This document shows positions 30,237 through 40,046 of a DNA stretch of 64,000 nt, one piece after another (position 1 is the stretch's first letter; each line of letters begins with the position of its first letter). The stretch is from an uncultured bacterium. Its GTDB lineage: Bacteria > Babelota > Babeliae > Babelales > Babelaceae. The position numbers were made by a program, and so were the translations under genes. The stretch is from assembly GCA_963717435.1 (NCBI GenBank), contig OY970332.1:128001-192000 (forward strand), in the 5' to 3' direction. The notes beneath the pieces are model-generated. The model was not told where the DNA came from, searched no databases, and saw only the letters and a program-made list of their open reading frames with translations.

Positions 30237-31418
30237 ATGACCGTTCAAACTGTAACTGAAAATTATAATAATTTAGTTAATTTTGATCATGAGTTGATCC
30301 AAGTTAATATCCCGCTTAAAGACAAAATTTGGTTCAGAACCGGTGGTCCCGCTAAATATTTTTGTGAACCCAAAAACGCACAAGAATTCGGGCGAGCACT
30401 CGATTTTGCAAAATGTAATAATCTTGAGATTTTTGTTCTCGGCCAAGGCGCTAATGTTCTTGTCAGCGATGACGGCTTTGACGGACTTGTTATCAGGCCA
30501 AAAATAAATTTTATAGAGTTACTCGATCCCTCGATACAAAATTCCTGCGGAATTTCACTCGGGACGAGCGGGTCATCTTCAAATAATATAAGCACAGTAG
30601 ATACAAAAAAAACAGAAGAAATAAACAAACAAGAAGATCTCAACAAAGAAAATTTATCCCACCGCTCGTCCCGAGTGTTTTTCGAAAGCGAAGCTGAGAA
30701 AAATGTATCGAGGGATATTGCGGACCAAACACTTGTAAAATCAGGCTCGGGAGTAATCTTTCAAGATTTAATTAATTTCTGCTTAGACAATAACATGGTT
30801 GGCCTAGAAGAATTTAGTGGAATACCCGGCACAGTTGGCGGATCAGTATTTATTAATATTCACTACTTTGAGTTTTTATTGAGTCAGTTTTTAGAATCAG
30901 CAGAAGTAATAAATAAAAATAGCGGCGAAATATTAACTGTCGATAAAAACTGGTTTAATTTCGGGTATAACTATTCACAACTTCATGAAGAAAAATATTA
31001 CTTAATCTCTGCAACTTTTAAATTAAAAAAAGCTACCGAACTTGAAGCTGCTTATTCTCGCGGACGTAGCCATGAGATAGCAAGACAAAGAGCAAAAAAA
31101 TATCCTGTAACAAATACATGCGGCAGCTTTTTTAGAAACTTTCATGATCACGAAGTTACGCTTGTAAGTAATAATAAAAAATTAATTTATGTTGCTTACT
31201 ATTTAGACAAAATAGGAGTTAAGGGGACATTATCTGTTGGTGATGCGATAGTATCTTATCAACATGCTAACATGATAGTTAATAGAGGCGCTGCAACTTC
31301 TAGTGATATTATTAATCTCGTAAAAACCATGCAACAACTTGTTAAAGAAAATTATAATATAACACCACAACCTGAGTGCAGATTAATTGGTTTTAAAGAA
31401 TACCCATTATTAAAGTAA
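30237..31418 (+). CDS. murB: UDP-N-acetylenolpyruvoylglucosamine reductase with about 65-aa in-frame insertion
   Basis: FRTGGPA, LGQGANVLVSDDGFDGLVI, GLEEFSGIPGTVGG, CGSFFRN, HANMIVN, PECRLIG. Confidence 0.93.
   Translation: MTVQTVTENYNNLVNFDHELIQVNIPLKDKIWFRTGGPAKYFCEPKNAQEFGRALDFAKCNNLEIFVLGQGANVLVSDDGFDGLVIRPKINFIELLDPSIQNSCGISLGTSGSSSNNISTVDTKKTEEINKQEDLNKENLSHRSSRVFFESEAEKNVSRDIADQTLVKSGSGVIFQDLINFCLDNNMVGLEEFSGIPGTVGGSVFINIHYFEFLLSQFLESAEVINKNSGEILTVDKNWFNFGYNYSQLHEEKYYLISATFKLKKATELEAAYSRGRSHEIARQRAKKYPVTNTCGSFFRNFHDHEVTLVSNNKKLIYVAYYLDKIGVKGTLSVGDAIVSYQHANMIVNRGAATSSDIINLVKTMQQLVKENYNITPQPECRLIGFKEYPLLK
30527..30572 (-). repeat. Palindromic element copy 2 (type A arms), in frame inside murB
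   Basis: Plus strand TCCCTCGATAC-AAAATTCCTGCGGAATTT-CACTCGGGACGAGCGGG. Confidence 0.9.
30662..30715 (+). repeat. Palindromic element copy 3 (type A arms), in frame inside murB, inverted relative to copy 2
   Basis: CCGCTCGTCCCGAGTG-TTTTTCGAAAGCGAAGCTGAGAAAAAT-GTATCGAGGGA. Confidence 0.9.
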
Positions 31419-31423
31419 TTTTA

Positions 31424-31472
31424 TCACGCGACCCTTCGATACACCCTGCGGGCACTCAGGGCGAGCGCGTGA
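31424..31472 (-). repeat. Palindromic element copy 4 (type B arms), immediately after murB stop
   Basis: Plus strand TCACGCGACCCTTCGATAC-ACCCTGCGGG-CACTCAGGGCGAGCGCGTGA. Confidence 0.9.
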
Positions 31473-31518
31473 AAATAAATTATATAAAACTAAGCATTAA
31501 ATTTGAGAGTTTATTTTT

Positions 31519-32460
31519 ATGACACTAATATTTGTTTTATACGCACTTATTGCATCAACTTTTGTTATGGCAAAATATGCACTGTTTTATGCAAAGCCCA
31601 TATTTTTGATAGGGGTCAGGATGGTACTGGCCGGAACAATATTATTGGGCTATTTAAAATTATTTGATAAAAACAATTTTAAAATCGACAAAACTGATAC
31701 TAAAAACTTTCTTCTAGTAGCTTTATATCACATATATTTGTCTTTTATATTAGAGTTTTGGGCGTTGCAATATTTAAGCTCATCAAAAACTAATATTATT
31801 TATTCGATTACGCCGTTTATATCTGCTTTTATAGCTTATTATTTTTATAAAGAAAAACTTAATATATATAAAAAAATTGGAATGCTCTTGGGGATTTTGG
31901 CTATAATCCCAGTTTTAGTGGCGCAGTATAACCCACAAGAATCTGGCTCTATACTTAATTTCTCAACTGCTGAAGTTGCCATGCTTGCGGCAGTTTTTTT
32001 CGGCGCTTACGCTTGGTTTTTGATCAAAGATCTTATGAACAAAAATTATTCTTTAATTTTAATTAATGGCTTTGCAATGTTGGTTGGCGGAATCGGAGCT
32101 TTGGCAACATCGTTAATTTTTGAAGTCTTAATACCAGTATTTTCAGAATATAATAAATATGGTCAAGTTAGTTTTGCCAATATTAATTTGGTCTCAGATT
32201 ATTATAAGTTTTTTTTGTGGATCGGGGCACTAATTTTAACAAGTAATATTATTGTTTATAATTTATTTGGCTTTTTAATAAAAAAATATTCGATCACTTT
32301 CTTAACATTAGCAGGATTTTTGTCGCCAGTATTTGGAGCAATCGGGGGGTACTTTTTATTAAAAGAGCCCATATCTTGGCACTATTTGGCATCCCTTGCT
32401 TTAATTACTCTGGCATTGTATATTTTCAATGTCCAAGAGCGGGTTTCAAGAAAGTTATAA
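31519..32460 (+). CDS. EamA/DMT-family transporter
   Basis: About 10 TM segments, PIFLIGVRMVLAG, YSITPFISA..AY...KEKL, LSPVFGA...Y.LLKEPI. Confidence 0.88.
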   Translation: MTLIFVLYALIASTFVMAKYALFYAKPIFLIGVRMVLAGTILLGYLKLFDKNNFKIDKTDTKNFLLVALYHIYLSFILEFWALQYLSSSKTNIIYSITPFISAFIAYYFYKEKLNIYKKIGMLLGILAIIPVLVAQYNPQESGSILNFSTAEVAMLAAVFFGAYAWFLIKDLMNKNYSLILINGFAMLVGGIGALATSLIFEVLIPVFSEYNKYGQVSFANINLVSDYYKFFLWIGALILTSNIIVYNLFGFLIKKYSITFLTLAGFLSPVFGAIGGYFLLKEPISWHYLASLALITLALYIFNVQERVSRKL

Positions 32461-32585
32461 AATCTTTGATTTTTTATAAAACTTGGTTTAGATTTATATC
32501 AATAGTTAATTAGATAACCTCCATTTCCCCTGTCCGTGACGTTCTGTCTGGATAGGGGTAAATTTTGTATAAATAAGCATAAAAA

Positions 32586-33635
32586 ATGTTTCAGGAAAAA
32601 GATAAATCTCACAAGATTGAACCTTACATATCAGAAAATCGCTTTTATAACTTCGCCGGCGAAAAGGCCGAAGGATATGTTCTGCGTTCAATTGCCATGT
32701 TCTTCCAATCCTGGTGGCACCACAAAAGAAGCCGTTTTAACCCTCAAGAATGGTTTTTAGAGAACCAACAAATTCAGGACAAATCTGAATCACCAAAAAT
32801 AACGTGGATCGGCCATTCAAGCTTTCTTATACAAATCGGCGGGTTTAATATTTTAACTGACCCGGTTTTTGGTAGTCTTGCCGTAGTTTTTCAAAGAATC
32901 TTTGCACCCGGTATACAACCAGATACGCTACCCAAAATAGATTTTGTGTTAATATCCCACAATCACAGGGATCATATGGACAGAAAATCACTAGAAAGAC
33001 TAAAAAGAGATCACCCAAGTGCAACTTTTTTGGTTCCCCAAGGTGACAAATATTGGTTCGAATCTCGTAATTTCAAAAAAATTCTTGAATTTAACTGGTG
33101 GGAAAAGAAAAGTTTCACCGGGCAAATAAATCAACTTGCAGGCATCGAGTTTACTTTTTTGCCTGCGTTTCATTGGTCCGGGCGGGGAATTTTGGACAGA
33201 AACAGATCTTTGTGGGGCAGCTGGATGATCAGTTGCAACGGCACAAATATATACTTTGCCGGCGATACAGCCTACGCGGATCATTTTAAGTTTATAAAAA
33301 AAGAGTTCCCGGTTATTGATATAGCTCTTATGCCAATAGCGCCATGTGAACCGAGAGAATGGATGAAAAAAACCCATGTTAACGCTGAAGAGGCCGTTCA
33401 GGCTTTTATAGACATGGACGCCCAAAATTTTGTGCCTATGCACTGGGGAACATACCATTTTGGAGTTGAATCTTTCCTGGCACCAATCGAGAGACTTGAA
33501 AAGTCTTGGATGGAGCAAAATCTTACACAAAAAGATAAATCTTTAAATATCTTAAGAATTGGCGAGCAGATAACGTTCCCTGTAAGCTCTTCAAATATTA
33601 TCCAACCAAAACAGCCTAATATTCTTAGCCTGTAA
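32586..33635 (+). CDS. Metallo-beta-lactamase-fold hydrolase (NAPE-PLD/RomA-like)
   Basis: ITWIGHSSFLI, LTDPVF, SHNHRDHMD, HWSGRG, YFAGDT, PMHWGTY. Confidence 0.9.
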   Translation: MFQEKDKSHKIEPYISENRFYNFAGEKAEGYVLRSIAMFFQSWWHHKRSRFNPQEWFLENQQIQDKSESPKITWIGHSSFLIQIGGFNILTDPVFGSLAVVFQRIFAPGIQPDTLPKIDFVLISHNHRDHMDRKSLERLKRDHPSATFLVPQGDKYWFESRNFKKILEFNWWEKKSFTGQINQLAGIEFTFLPAFHWSGRGILDRNRSLWGSWMISCNGTNIYFAGDTAYADHFKFIKKEFPVIDIALMPIAPCEPREWMKKTHVNAEEAVQAFIDMDAQNFVPMHWGTYHFGVESFLAPIERLEKSWMEQNLTQKDKSLNILRIGEQITFPVSSSNIIQPKQPNILSL

Positions 33636-33764
33636 GCCTCAAAAAGCCCCGGCCCCTAGATCTAATTAGCGTCATTTATTTTATATGTTAAAAGCCAAAC
33701 TATTGCTTTAATAATACATATTTTGATACATTAAATTTATAATATATTTAATGGGGATGTTATT

Positions 33765-34640
33765 ATGAAAAATTCAAGAATTTTAGCGTTAATTTTAGGC
33801 CTAAGCCTGTCGCCCAACCTATCAGCCATGTGGTGGCCGTGGTCACGTAAGCCTGAGCAGCCTAAAAAGGAAGAACCTGCTAAATACGGTGATCTTGATG
33901 AGAAAAAAGAAGAAAAATACGAAATTAAAACTCTTGAAGGTAAAGATTATATCTCCCAACTTCCCGATGAAATAATTTTGGACATAGTTTCAATGACTAT
34001 CAATAAAACTGCTGATACAAAAAGTAAAGCTTTTGGAGATGCAATAAATCTATTATCAACAAGTAAGAGGTTTAGAAGACTTTATAGCAAATTTATGGAA
34101 AGAAAAGACGTTAAAGAGCTAAGAACGGAGATTGAGGAATTAAAGAAAGCGCTCAAGATAATTAAAGATTATAAAGCTTTGCCTGGAAATTCAGAACATG
34201 GAGATGTGTATATTGCTCGCGATAAAGGTTTAATTATTTGGTTCAAATATTACATGGATACTCTGAGTCGCGAAGATAAAACATACGTGTTGGGATCATT
34301 AATTTCTCAGTTTCGACGTGAGGCGTCCTGGAATGAGAAAAATAAAGACACAGAACAACATTTAAAAATAATTCAAATGCTAATTGACAATGGAGCTTAT
34401 ATCAACAGTTCAATGGCTATACCTCTTTATCAAGGTGCTAGAAGAACTATGAGCTTTTTAGCAGCTTCGTTATTTGAATATTCGGATAACGAAATACTTT
34501 TATCTTTAGCAAAAATATTATTGGATAATGGTGCTCAAATTGATAAGACCGTTAAAGATCTTATGGAAGAAGATCCCAAAATTAAACAATTTATAGAAGA
34601 TTATTTAGCAAAAAAGAAATTGAGTAGCAGGCAAGATTAA
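33765..34640 (+). CDS. Secreted F-box-like / ankyrin-repeat protein (putative effector)
   Basis: Signal peptide; YISQLPDEIILDIV...LLSTSKRFRRL F-box-like; IIQMLIDNGAYIN and LAKILLDNGAQID ankyrin-like ends. Confidence 0.7.
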   Translation: MKNSRILALILGLSLSPNLSAMWWPWSRKPEQPKKEEPAKYGDLDEKKEEKYEIKTLEGKDYISQLPDEIILDIVSMTINKTADTKSKAFGDAINLLSTSKRFRRLYSKFMERKDVKELRTEIEELKKALKIIKDYKALPGNSEHGDVYIARDKGLIIWFKYYMDTLSREDKTYVLGSLISQFRREASWNEKNKDTEQHLKIIQMLIDNGAYINSSMAIPLYQGARRTMSFLAASLFEYSDNEILLSLAKILLDNGAQIDKTVKDLMEEDPKIKQFIEDYLAKKKLSSRQD

Positions 34641-34756
34641 GAAGCAAATAAAGCCTAATAAATCATGGTTTTTAGGGCTGCCTAATTTGACAAATATGCA
34701 ATATATTATATCATTAATGCATGATACAATCCCCCTCAAATCTATCGTGGACAAAT

Positions 34757-35368
34757 ATGATTGCAAATATTTTTTGTTTTTGTTTATTGATAATAATATT
34801 TGCTAGTAATTTGATGGCTATGGAAAAAAAATATAATAATATGACAAATAATAAACAAGAGATAAATTTTAGTTTTAAGAATATAAGCGAAGAGGATATC
34901 CCGTTGCTTTATTCTTGGCTAAAAGAACCACATGTATCAAAATGGTGGCCGACGCCAGAAAAAGACGAATTCTATGAAAAATTTCTTCAAAGAATTAGAT
35001 CAAAAGATACCGTCGGGTATTTGGTATTATTTAATTCAAAGCCCATTGGTTATATACAGTATTATAAAATTGATAGAAGTTTAGAAAAAGCCGGTTCTTG
35101 GTTGCCGGAACTTCCTGAAAATACAGTCGGAACCGACCAATTTATAGGCGATAAAGATTTTATTGGCAAGGGCTATGGGACATTGTTTGTTAAAGAATTT
35201 ATTAAATATCTTAAAAACTTGGAACCTGAGTTAACTACTGTTATTGTCGATCCTGAACCTGATAATATTGCAGCCATCAGGTGCTATGAAAAAGTCGGGT
35301 TTAAAAATGTAGGGCTTTATGATACGGCCCATGGTAAAGCTCAGCTGTTAAGATATGATATTAAGTAG
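34757..35368 (+). CDS. GNAT N-acetyltransferase, AAC(6')-Ib/Acetyltransf_8-like, with signal-peptide-like N-terminus
   Basis: WLKEPHVSKWW, PIGYIQYY, GTDQFIG, IGKGYGT, DPEPDNIAAIRCYEKVGF. Start uncertain (34721, 34757 or later). Confidence 0.85.
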   Translation: MIANIFCFCLLIIIFASNLMAMEKKYNNMTNNKQEINFSFKNISEEDIPLLYSWLKEPHVSKWWPTPEKDEFYEKFLQRIRSKDTVGYLVLFNSKPIGYIQYYKIDRSLEKAGSWLPELPENTVGTDQFIGDKDFIGKGYGTLFVKEFIKYLKNLEPELTTVIVDPEPDNIAAIRCYEKVGFKNVGLYDTAHGKAQLLRYDIK

Positions 35369-35394
35369 CTTAAATTAGACATAAAAATTTGATT

Positions 35395-35427
35395 TATAAA
35401 AGTGCCACAGCTTGTGGCACTTTTATA
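35395..35427. terminator. Bidirectional terminator between convergent genes
   Basis: 15-bp perfect inverted repeat TATAAAAGTGCCACA / TGTGGCACTTTTATA. Confidence 0.8.
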
Positions 35428-35459
35428 CTTTTGGTCAATTTCTAATTTAGCGCTTGATG

Positions 35460-36155
35460 CTATTCCGGGTAAGTTTCAAGTCTTATTTTAAGCAAAAATA
35501 TTGTCTCTGTGAGTAGCTTTTCTTTGACCCATGCCTTTTGCTTGGAATCAAGCAATTCACCTAATCCGGACAAAATATTACGATTACTCATCGACTCAAG
35601 CTCTTTAATGCATTTATTTAAAAACTTGCGCATCGACAAGCCGGTTCTTTTTTCAATAATCTGGCCATTGATCGGCCAGTTATTTTTCAAAAAAAAGTAT
35701 GTGTCAAAAATGTCGCGATTTGCATCACCAATGCGTTCAAGCATAGCAACCATTTTATTTGCGACCATATCTTCTTTGACCATTACTTTCATAGGAATTC
35801 CAAGATAAGACTTTACTTCATACTTCGATCCGAAATTTCTACGATTAACTTCAACTTTAATATTCTGAGATCCGTCACTATAAGAAATTCTAAAAAATAA
35901 GGTATATTTTTTTTCGTAGGAATCTTTAATGGCGCCATGTTGTTCGAGAATTTTTTTTAGCTGCTCAAAAACCTCATGTTCTTTGGACGCATCAAGTAAA
36001 TCAAAGTCTAAATCTACGGAAAAACGATTAAGGTCATAAAATAAAAAGGCTGCCGTGCCTCCCTTAAAACCTAAAAATGGCCCTATGAACACATTTGTAT
36101 AAATTTCTTTCAAAATACGAATCAAAATAGTTTTGTGAACTGTTGTATCTAACAT
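35460..36155 (-). CDS. AbiEii-family nucleotidyltransferase (type IV TA toxin)
   Basis: FKGGTA, LNRFSVDLDF, IKVEVN, ANKMVA, RDIFD motifs. Confidence 0.88.
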   Translation of the reverse strand: MLDTTVHKTILIRILKEIYTNVFIGPFLGFKGGTAAFLFYDLNRFSVDLDFDLLDASKEHEVFEQLKKILEQHGAIKDSYEKKYTLFFRISYSDGSQNIKVEVNRRNFGSKYEVKSYLGIPMKVMVKEDMVANKMVAMLERIGDANRDIFDTYFFLKNNWPINGQIIEKRTGLSMRKFLNKCIKELESMSNRNILSGLGELLDSKQKAWVKEKLLTETIFLLKIRLETYPE

Positions 36156-36751
36156 TATGACAATCTCCTATTAGCTTGGAACTCTTTGAAATAAGCATGT
36201 ACTTTTTTGACCATCCGTTGCCTATTGTAGATGGGCAATAATGCGAATACTTTGTCAAAATCCAAAGGCGAGAGATTATCAAAGTGATAACCCTTATTCA
36301 AATATAATATATCTAAAAATGCCCGTTCTTTACTCGCTATAAAATAATAACCCCGTTGTTCAATACCAGCACTATTAGTCAGAATGGTATCTTTAATTTT
36401 TTTGAACACATAAGTCTGACCATCACAAACAATCTCTTTACTTTGATAAGTTGCAACAAAAATCGTAGAATAATGTTGAAATATAACACCTGCTTCAATA
36501 AGAACTGTTTCAAAGCTCACATAGGATGGGGTAAATATCTTAGTTGCAAGCTCCAATTTGTCGTAATTTTTATCTTTCGCATACAACCCACGCCTGATAT
36601 GGTAAAGCTCTCCATTTTTAATATAGTGACTCAAACGTCTTTTTAAGAGCAAAGGCTTAGCTTCAGTGCTGGCTAACAATAATTCTTTGAAGGTAAAAAC
36701 TGAGGATTTAGATCGCAAAATATTAAGTATATTTACTTTGTTCATATTCAT
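36155..36751 (-). CDS. AbiEi-family antitoxin (type IV TA)
   Basis: N-terminal winged HTH with IRRGLY, PSYVSFETVL..AGVI, IASKERAFLD; stop overlaps toxin start. Confidence 0.85.
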   Translation of the reverse strand: MNMNKVNILNILRSKSSVFTFKELLLASTEAKPLLLKRRLSHYIKNGELYHIRRGLYAKDKNYDKLELATKIFTPSYVSFETVLIEAGVIFQHYSTIFVATYQSKEIVCDGQTYVFKKIKDTILTNSAGIEQRGYYFIASKERAFLDILYLNKGYHFDNLSPLDFDKVFALLPIYNRQRMVKKVHAYFKEFQANRRLS

Positions 36752-36754
36752 CCG

Positions 36755-36791
36755 TGAGTTAAAGGTTACATATAATGTTACTTTTAACTCA
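36755..36791. promoter_or_regulatory. Inverted-repeat operator upstream of abiEi
   Basis: TGAGTTAAAGGTTACA-N5-TGTTACTTTTAACTCA (14/16 match) directly before the start codon, with TATAAT on the minus strand at 36794-36799. Confidence 0.7.
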
Positions 36792-36973
36792 TATTATAGA
36801 GTTTGGTTAAAAAATACAATAACAAAACAATTCTTGGTTAATTTACAATTTTTTGCTATATTTATTACTAATATATATTTCCAATTCACAGTAAAAACAT
36901 CAAGAATTTACCCCTAAATTAAGCTTAAAAACTAAAATAAAATTAAAGTAATATAAGCACTAATGGAGAGAGT

Positions 36974-38959
36974 ATGTCATTATTCAAATTACACGCGCCG
37001 TTTCCGCCGGCGGGGGACCAGCCAAAGGCGATAGAGACTTTGGTATCAAGGAGACCTGGGATATCGACACTTTTGGGTGTAACAGGATCCGGAAAAACTT
37101 ACACTATTGCAAACGTTATAGCAAAGCAAAACAAGCCAGTTTTAATTTTATCACCTAATAAAACACTGGCAGCGCAGCTTTATGAAGAATTTTCACTGTT
37201 TTTTCCTGAAAACAAAGTGGGATATTTTGTAAGCTACTACGATTATTATCAACCAGAATCTTATCTGCCAGCGCAGGATATTTATATTGCAAAAGAAACC
37301 AAAATAAACAGTGAAATTGAGCGTCTGAGAATAGAATCAGCCGCGTCTTTGGTTAATAGACCAGATACAATAATTATAGCTTCTGTCTCATGTATTTATT
37401 CGTTGGGTAACCCAGAAGATTATAAAAATCTTTCTATGAAGCTGCATGTGGGGCAGGAAATATCAAGACAAGAGTTCTTACGACAATTAGTGTTTATACA
37501 ATACAACAGAAACGATATTGAAAAATCTTCAGGGACATTTAGCGTTACTGGTAACACTGTTGAAATTATACTGCCATATCAAAAAGAAAAGCTTAGAGTC
37601 GAAATTTTTGGTAATAAAATAGAGAGCTTGCAGTGGGTAAGCAAACAGGATAATAAAATTTTAACAGAACTTGATAACACTTTAATATTTCCTGCAAAAT
37701 ATTTCGTAACTCCACTGGACAAAAAAGAAGCGGCTATTAAATCGATCGAACGAGAGCTTGAATGGTGGGCGCCGCAACTTAAAAATCCTTTGTATCAAGA
37801 GCGCATAAAAGCACGCGTTGGGCATGATTTAGAGATGCTACGAGAGACTGGGTTTTGCACAGGAATCGAAAACTATTCGAGCCATTTTGATGGCCGACTT
37901 CCTGGCAGCAGACCGTACTGCTTGTTCGATTATTTTCCAGAAGATTTTTTGCTAGTTATAGATGAGTCGCATATAGCGGTCCCACAACTTCGTGGCATGT
38001 ATGCAGGCGATAAAGCTAGAAAAAAATCTTTAATAGATTTTGGCTTCAGGTTGCCATCAGCAGCAGATAATAGACCATTAAAATTTGAAGAAACAGAAAA
38101 ATATTTTAACGATGTAATATTTGTTTCAGCAACACCATCTGAGTACGAACTTAAAAAAAGTGACGTTTTTGTTGAACAGATAATCAGGCCAACAGGGCTT
38201 GTTGACCCGATAGTTGAAACTCACCCAAGATTAAATCAGCTAACACATTTAAAATCACAGATAGAAGAGACAAATAATAAGGGTTATAGAACTCTTGTAA
38301 CAGTTTTGACTAAAAAACTTGCGGAAGAACTTGCAAGATATTTGCAGGAACAAAAAATTAAAGTCTGCTACTTGCACAGTGAGATGAAAACTCCGCAGAG
38401 AACAGAAATCTTGCACAAATTAAGACTTGGTGTTTTTGATTGTATAGTGGGGGTAAATTTACTTCGTGAGGGGCTTGATTTACCAGAAGTGGCGCTTGTT
38501 GCGATAATGGACGCAGATATTGAAAGTTTCTTGCGTGATAAAAGATCGTTAATACAAACTATCGGACGCGCAGCAAGAAACGTCGAATCTAAAGTTATTT
38601 TATACACAGATAAAATAACACAGTCTATTAAGGGCGCGATGGAAGAAACTTCACGCAGAAGAGAGCTGCAACTTGAATACAACAAAAAACATGGCATAGT
38701 TGCTCAATCTGTTAAGCGCGAAGTTACAAAGAGTATCTCGAATATCCAAAAAGCCATTATGGAAGCGAGCAAGCTTAAGCCTAGAAAGCAAAAAGAAAAG
38801 CCCGAGAATCTCGGTATTTTGGAGATACAATACAAAATCGAAGATTTGGAAAAAGCTATGCAAAAAGCTGCTGAATCTCTTAACTTCGAACTTGCTATTA
38901 AACTGCGCCAAGAATGGTTCGATCTTAAAAAAGATTTAACTGAAAAAGACAAGAAATAA
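36974..38959 (+). CDS. uvrB: Excinuclease ABC subunit B
   Basis: PAGDQP, LLGVTGSGKT, YFVSYYDYYQPE, GIENYS, IDESH, GFRLPSA.DNRPL, NLLREGLD, QTIGRAARN, C-terminal UVR domain. Confidence 0.98.
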   Translation: MSLFKLHAPFPPAGDQPKAIETLVSRRPGISTLLGVTGSGKTYTIANVIAKQNKPVLILSPNKTLAAQLYEEFSLFFPENKVGYFVSYYDYYQPESYLPAQDIYIAKETKINSEIERLRIESAASLVNRPDTIIIASVSCIYSLGNPEDYKNLSMKLHVGQEISRQEFLRQLVFIQYNRNDIEKSSGTFSVTGNTVEIILPYQKEKLRVEIFGNKIESLQWVSKQDNKILTELDNTLIFPAKYFVTPLDKKEAAIKSIERELEWWAPQLKNPLYQERIKARVGHDLEMLRETGFCTGIENYSSHFDGRLPGSRPYCLFDYFPEDFLLVIDESHIAVPQLRGMYAGDKARKKSLIDFGFRLPSAADNRPLKFEETEKYFNDVIFVSATPSEYELKKSDVFVEQIIRPTGLVDPIVETHPRLNQLTHLKSQIEETNNKGYRTLVTVLTKKLAEELARYLQEQKIKVCYLHSEMKTPQRTEILHKLRLGVFDCIVGVNLLREGLDLPEVALVAIMDADIESFLRDKRSLIQTIGRAARNVESKVILYTDKITQSIKGAMEETSRRRELQLEYNKKHGIVAQSVKREVTKSISNIQKAIMEASKLKPRKQKEKPENLGILEIQYKIEDLEKAMQKAAESLNFELAIKLRQEWFDLKKDLTEKDKK

Positions 38960-39185
38960 TTTTGATTGATGCCGCCATAAACTTATATTTTTATATATAA
39001 ATAACTGAGGTTTTACCCAAAAACCAGGTATTTTCGGGGTATTTTGGCCCCAAAAAACCATGTTTTTAGAGAATTAAAGAGAGGGGATATGTCTTGAACC
39101 TGTATACCCCCCTTTTGACATATAATTCCCATAGTTTAAACTTAAATACAGATAGATAATATAACTCAAAACATGAGAGGTTTGA

Positions 39186-39881
39186 ATGTTTAAAAAATTA
39201 ACAATAGTAGCTCTAATGGCTTTTGCTAATGCTAATATGGTAGCTGAAACAGCTAAGCCAGAAGAAAAGTCTACTAAATCAGAAGAAAAATCAAATATTA
39301 GTGATAATAAAGAATCTTTATCGATAGATTCAGGATTGATATCAGCTATCGAAACTTTAAATATTGATGAAGTTAAGCAATTTATCGCAGGAAGAGCCTT
39401 TAATTCTGAAGCAGAAAAACAGCAAATTTCGACGCTTATAGAAAATACGCGTGGATCTATAAAAAAATGCTCACCTATGGATTTTATAGAACAACATAGA
39501 TATATTTTTACAGCCCTGAATCTACTGCCAACGTTTTTTGCTGAAAGATATTATGTAGAAAAAGAATACAGAGCTTTATCATACGCTGCAATGTCGCATC
39601 AGGATAATTATGATAATTCGGTAGGTGCAACGAGTTCACAAGCGCTTAAAAATTGGAGAATTGCGATAAAGGCCTTAGATGCTTACAATGGTCGCAGCTG
39701 GTGGGATAGAACAGGTAAAAAAACCGCTATTGCTTTAGGTGTACATCTGAGTTGTCTTGCAGTACTGGTATACGGTCCGATCTTCTTATACGAACTTAAA
39801 GTAATTATCCCCAAGTTAAAAAAATTAGAAGAAATAAATGAGTTGATAACCCAAATACCTGTTAGCGAGCTTATACAATAA
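39186..39881 (+). CDS. Secreted hypothetical protein with hydrophobic segments
   Basis: GAGAGG SD, signal peptide, SWWDRTGKK followed by a TM-like stretch. Confidence 0.7.
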   Translation: MFKKLTIVALMAFANANMVAETAKPEEKSTKSEEKSNISDNKESLSIDSGLISAIETLNIDEVKQFIAGRAFNSEAEKQQISTLIENTRGSIKKCSPMDFIEQHRYIFTALNLLPTFFAERYYVEKEYRALSYAAMSHQDNYDNSVGATSSQALKNWRIAIKALDAYNGRSWWDRTGKKTAIALGVHLSCLAVLVYGPIFLYELKVIIPKLKKLEEINELITQIPVSELIQ

Positions 39882-40046
39882 ATTTCTTGTTGGAGGCAAA
39901 ATAACGGGAACTTCAAGAAAATAGCCGTCTATGTTTTATTAGGGTATAATTTATCCCGCTAACCCATTATTTTCTCAAATCCGCAATAATGTGTACTTAG
40001 CACAATTGTATAAATCTATTGAGGCCCGAAAAACCTTGAAGAGGCT

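Noticed and set aside
32524-32563. Riboswitch in the 5' UTR hairpin of the metallo-hydrolase gene
   Set aside because: A single CCCCTGTCC/GGATAGGGG stem only; no recognisable aptamer consensus.
35368-35458. Integron attC site after the AAC(6')-like gene (outer TAAATTAGA/TCTAATTTA inverted repeat)
   Set aside because: No proper RYYYAAC/GTTRRRY core pair, no integrase, and a bidirectional terminator explains the hairpin.
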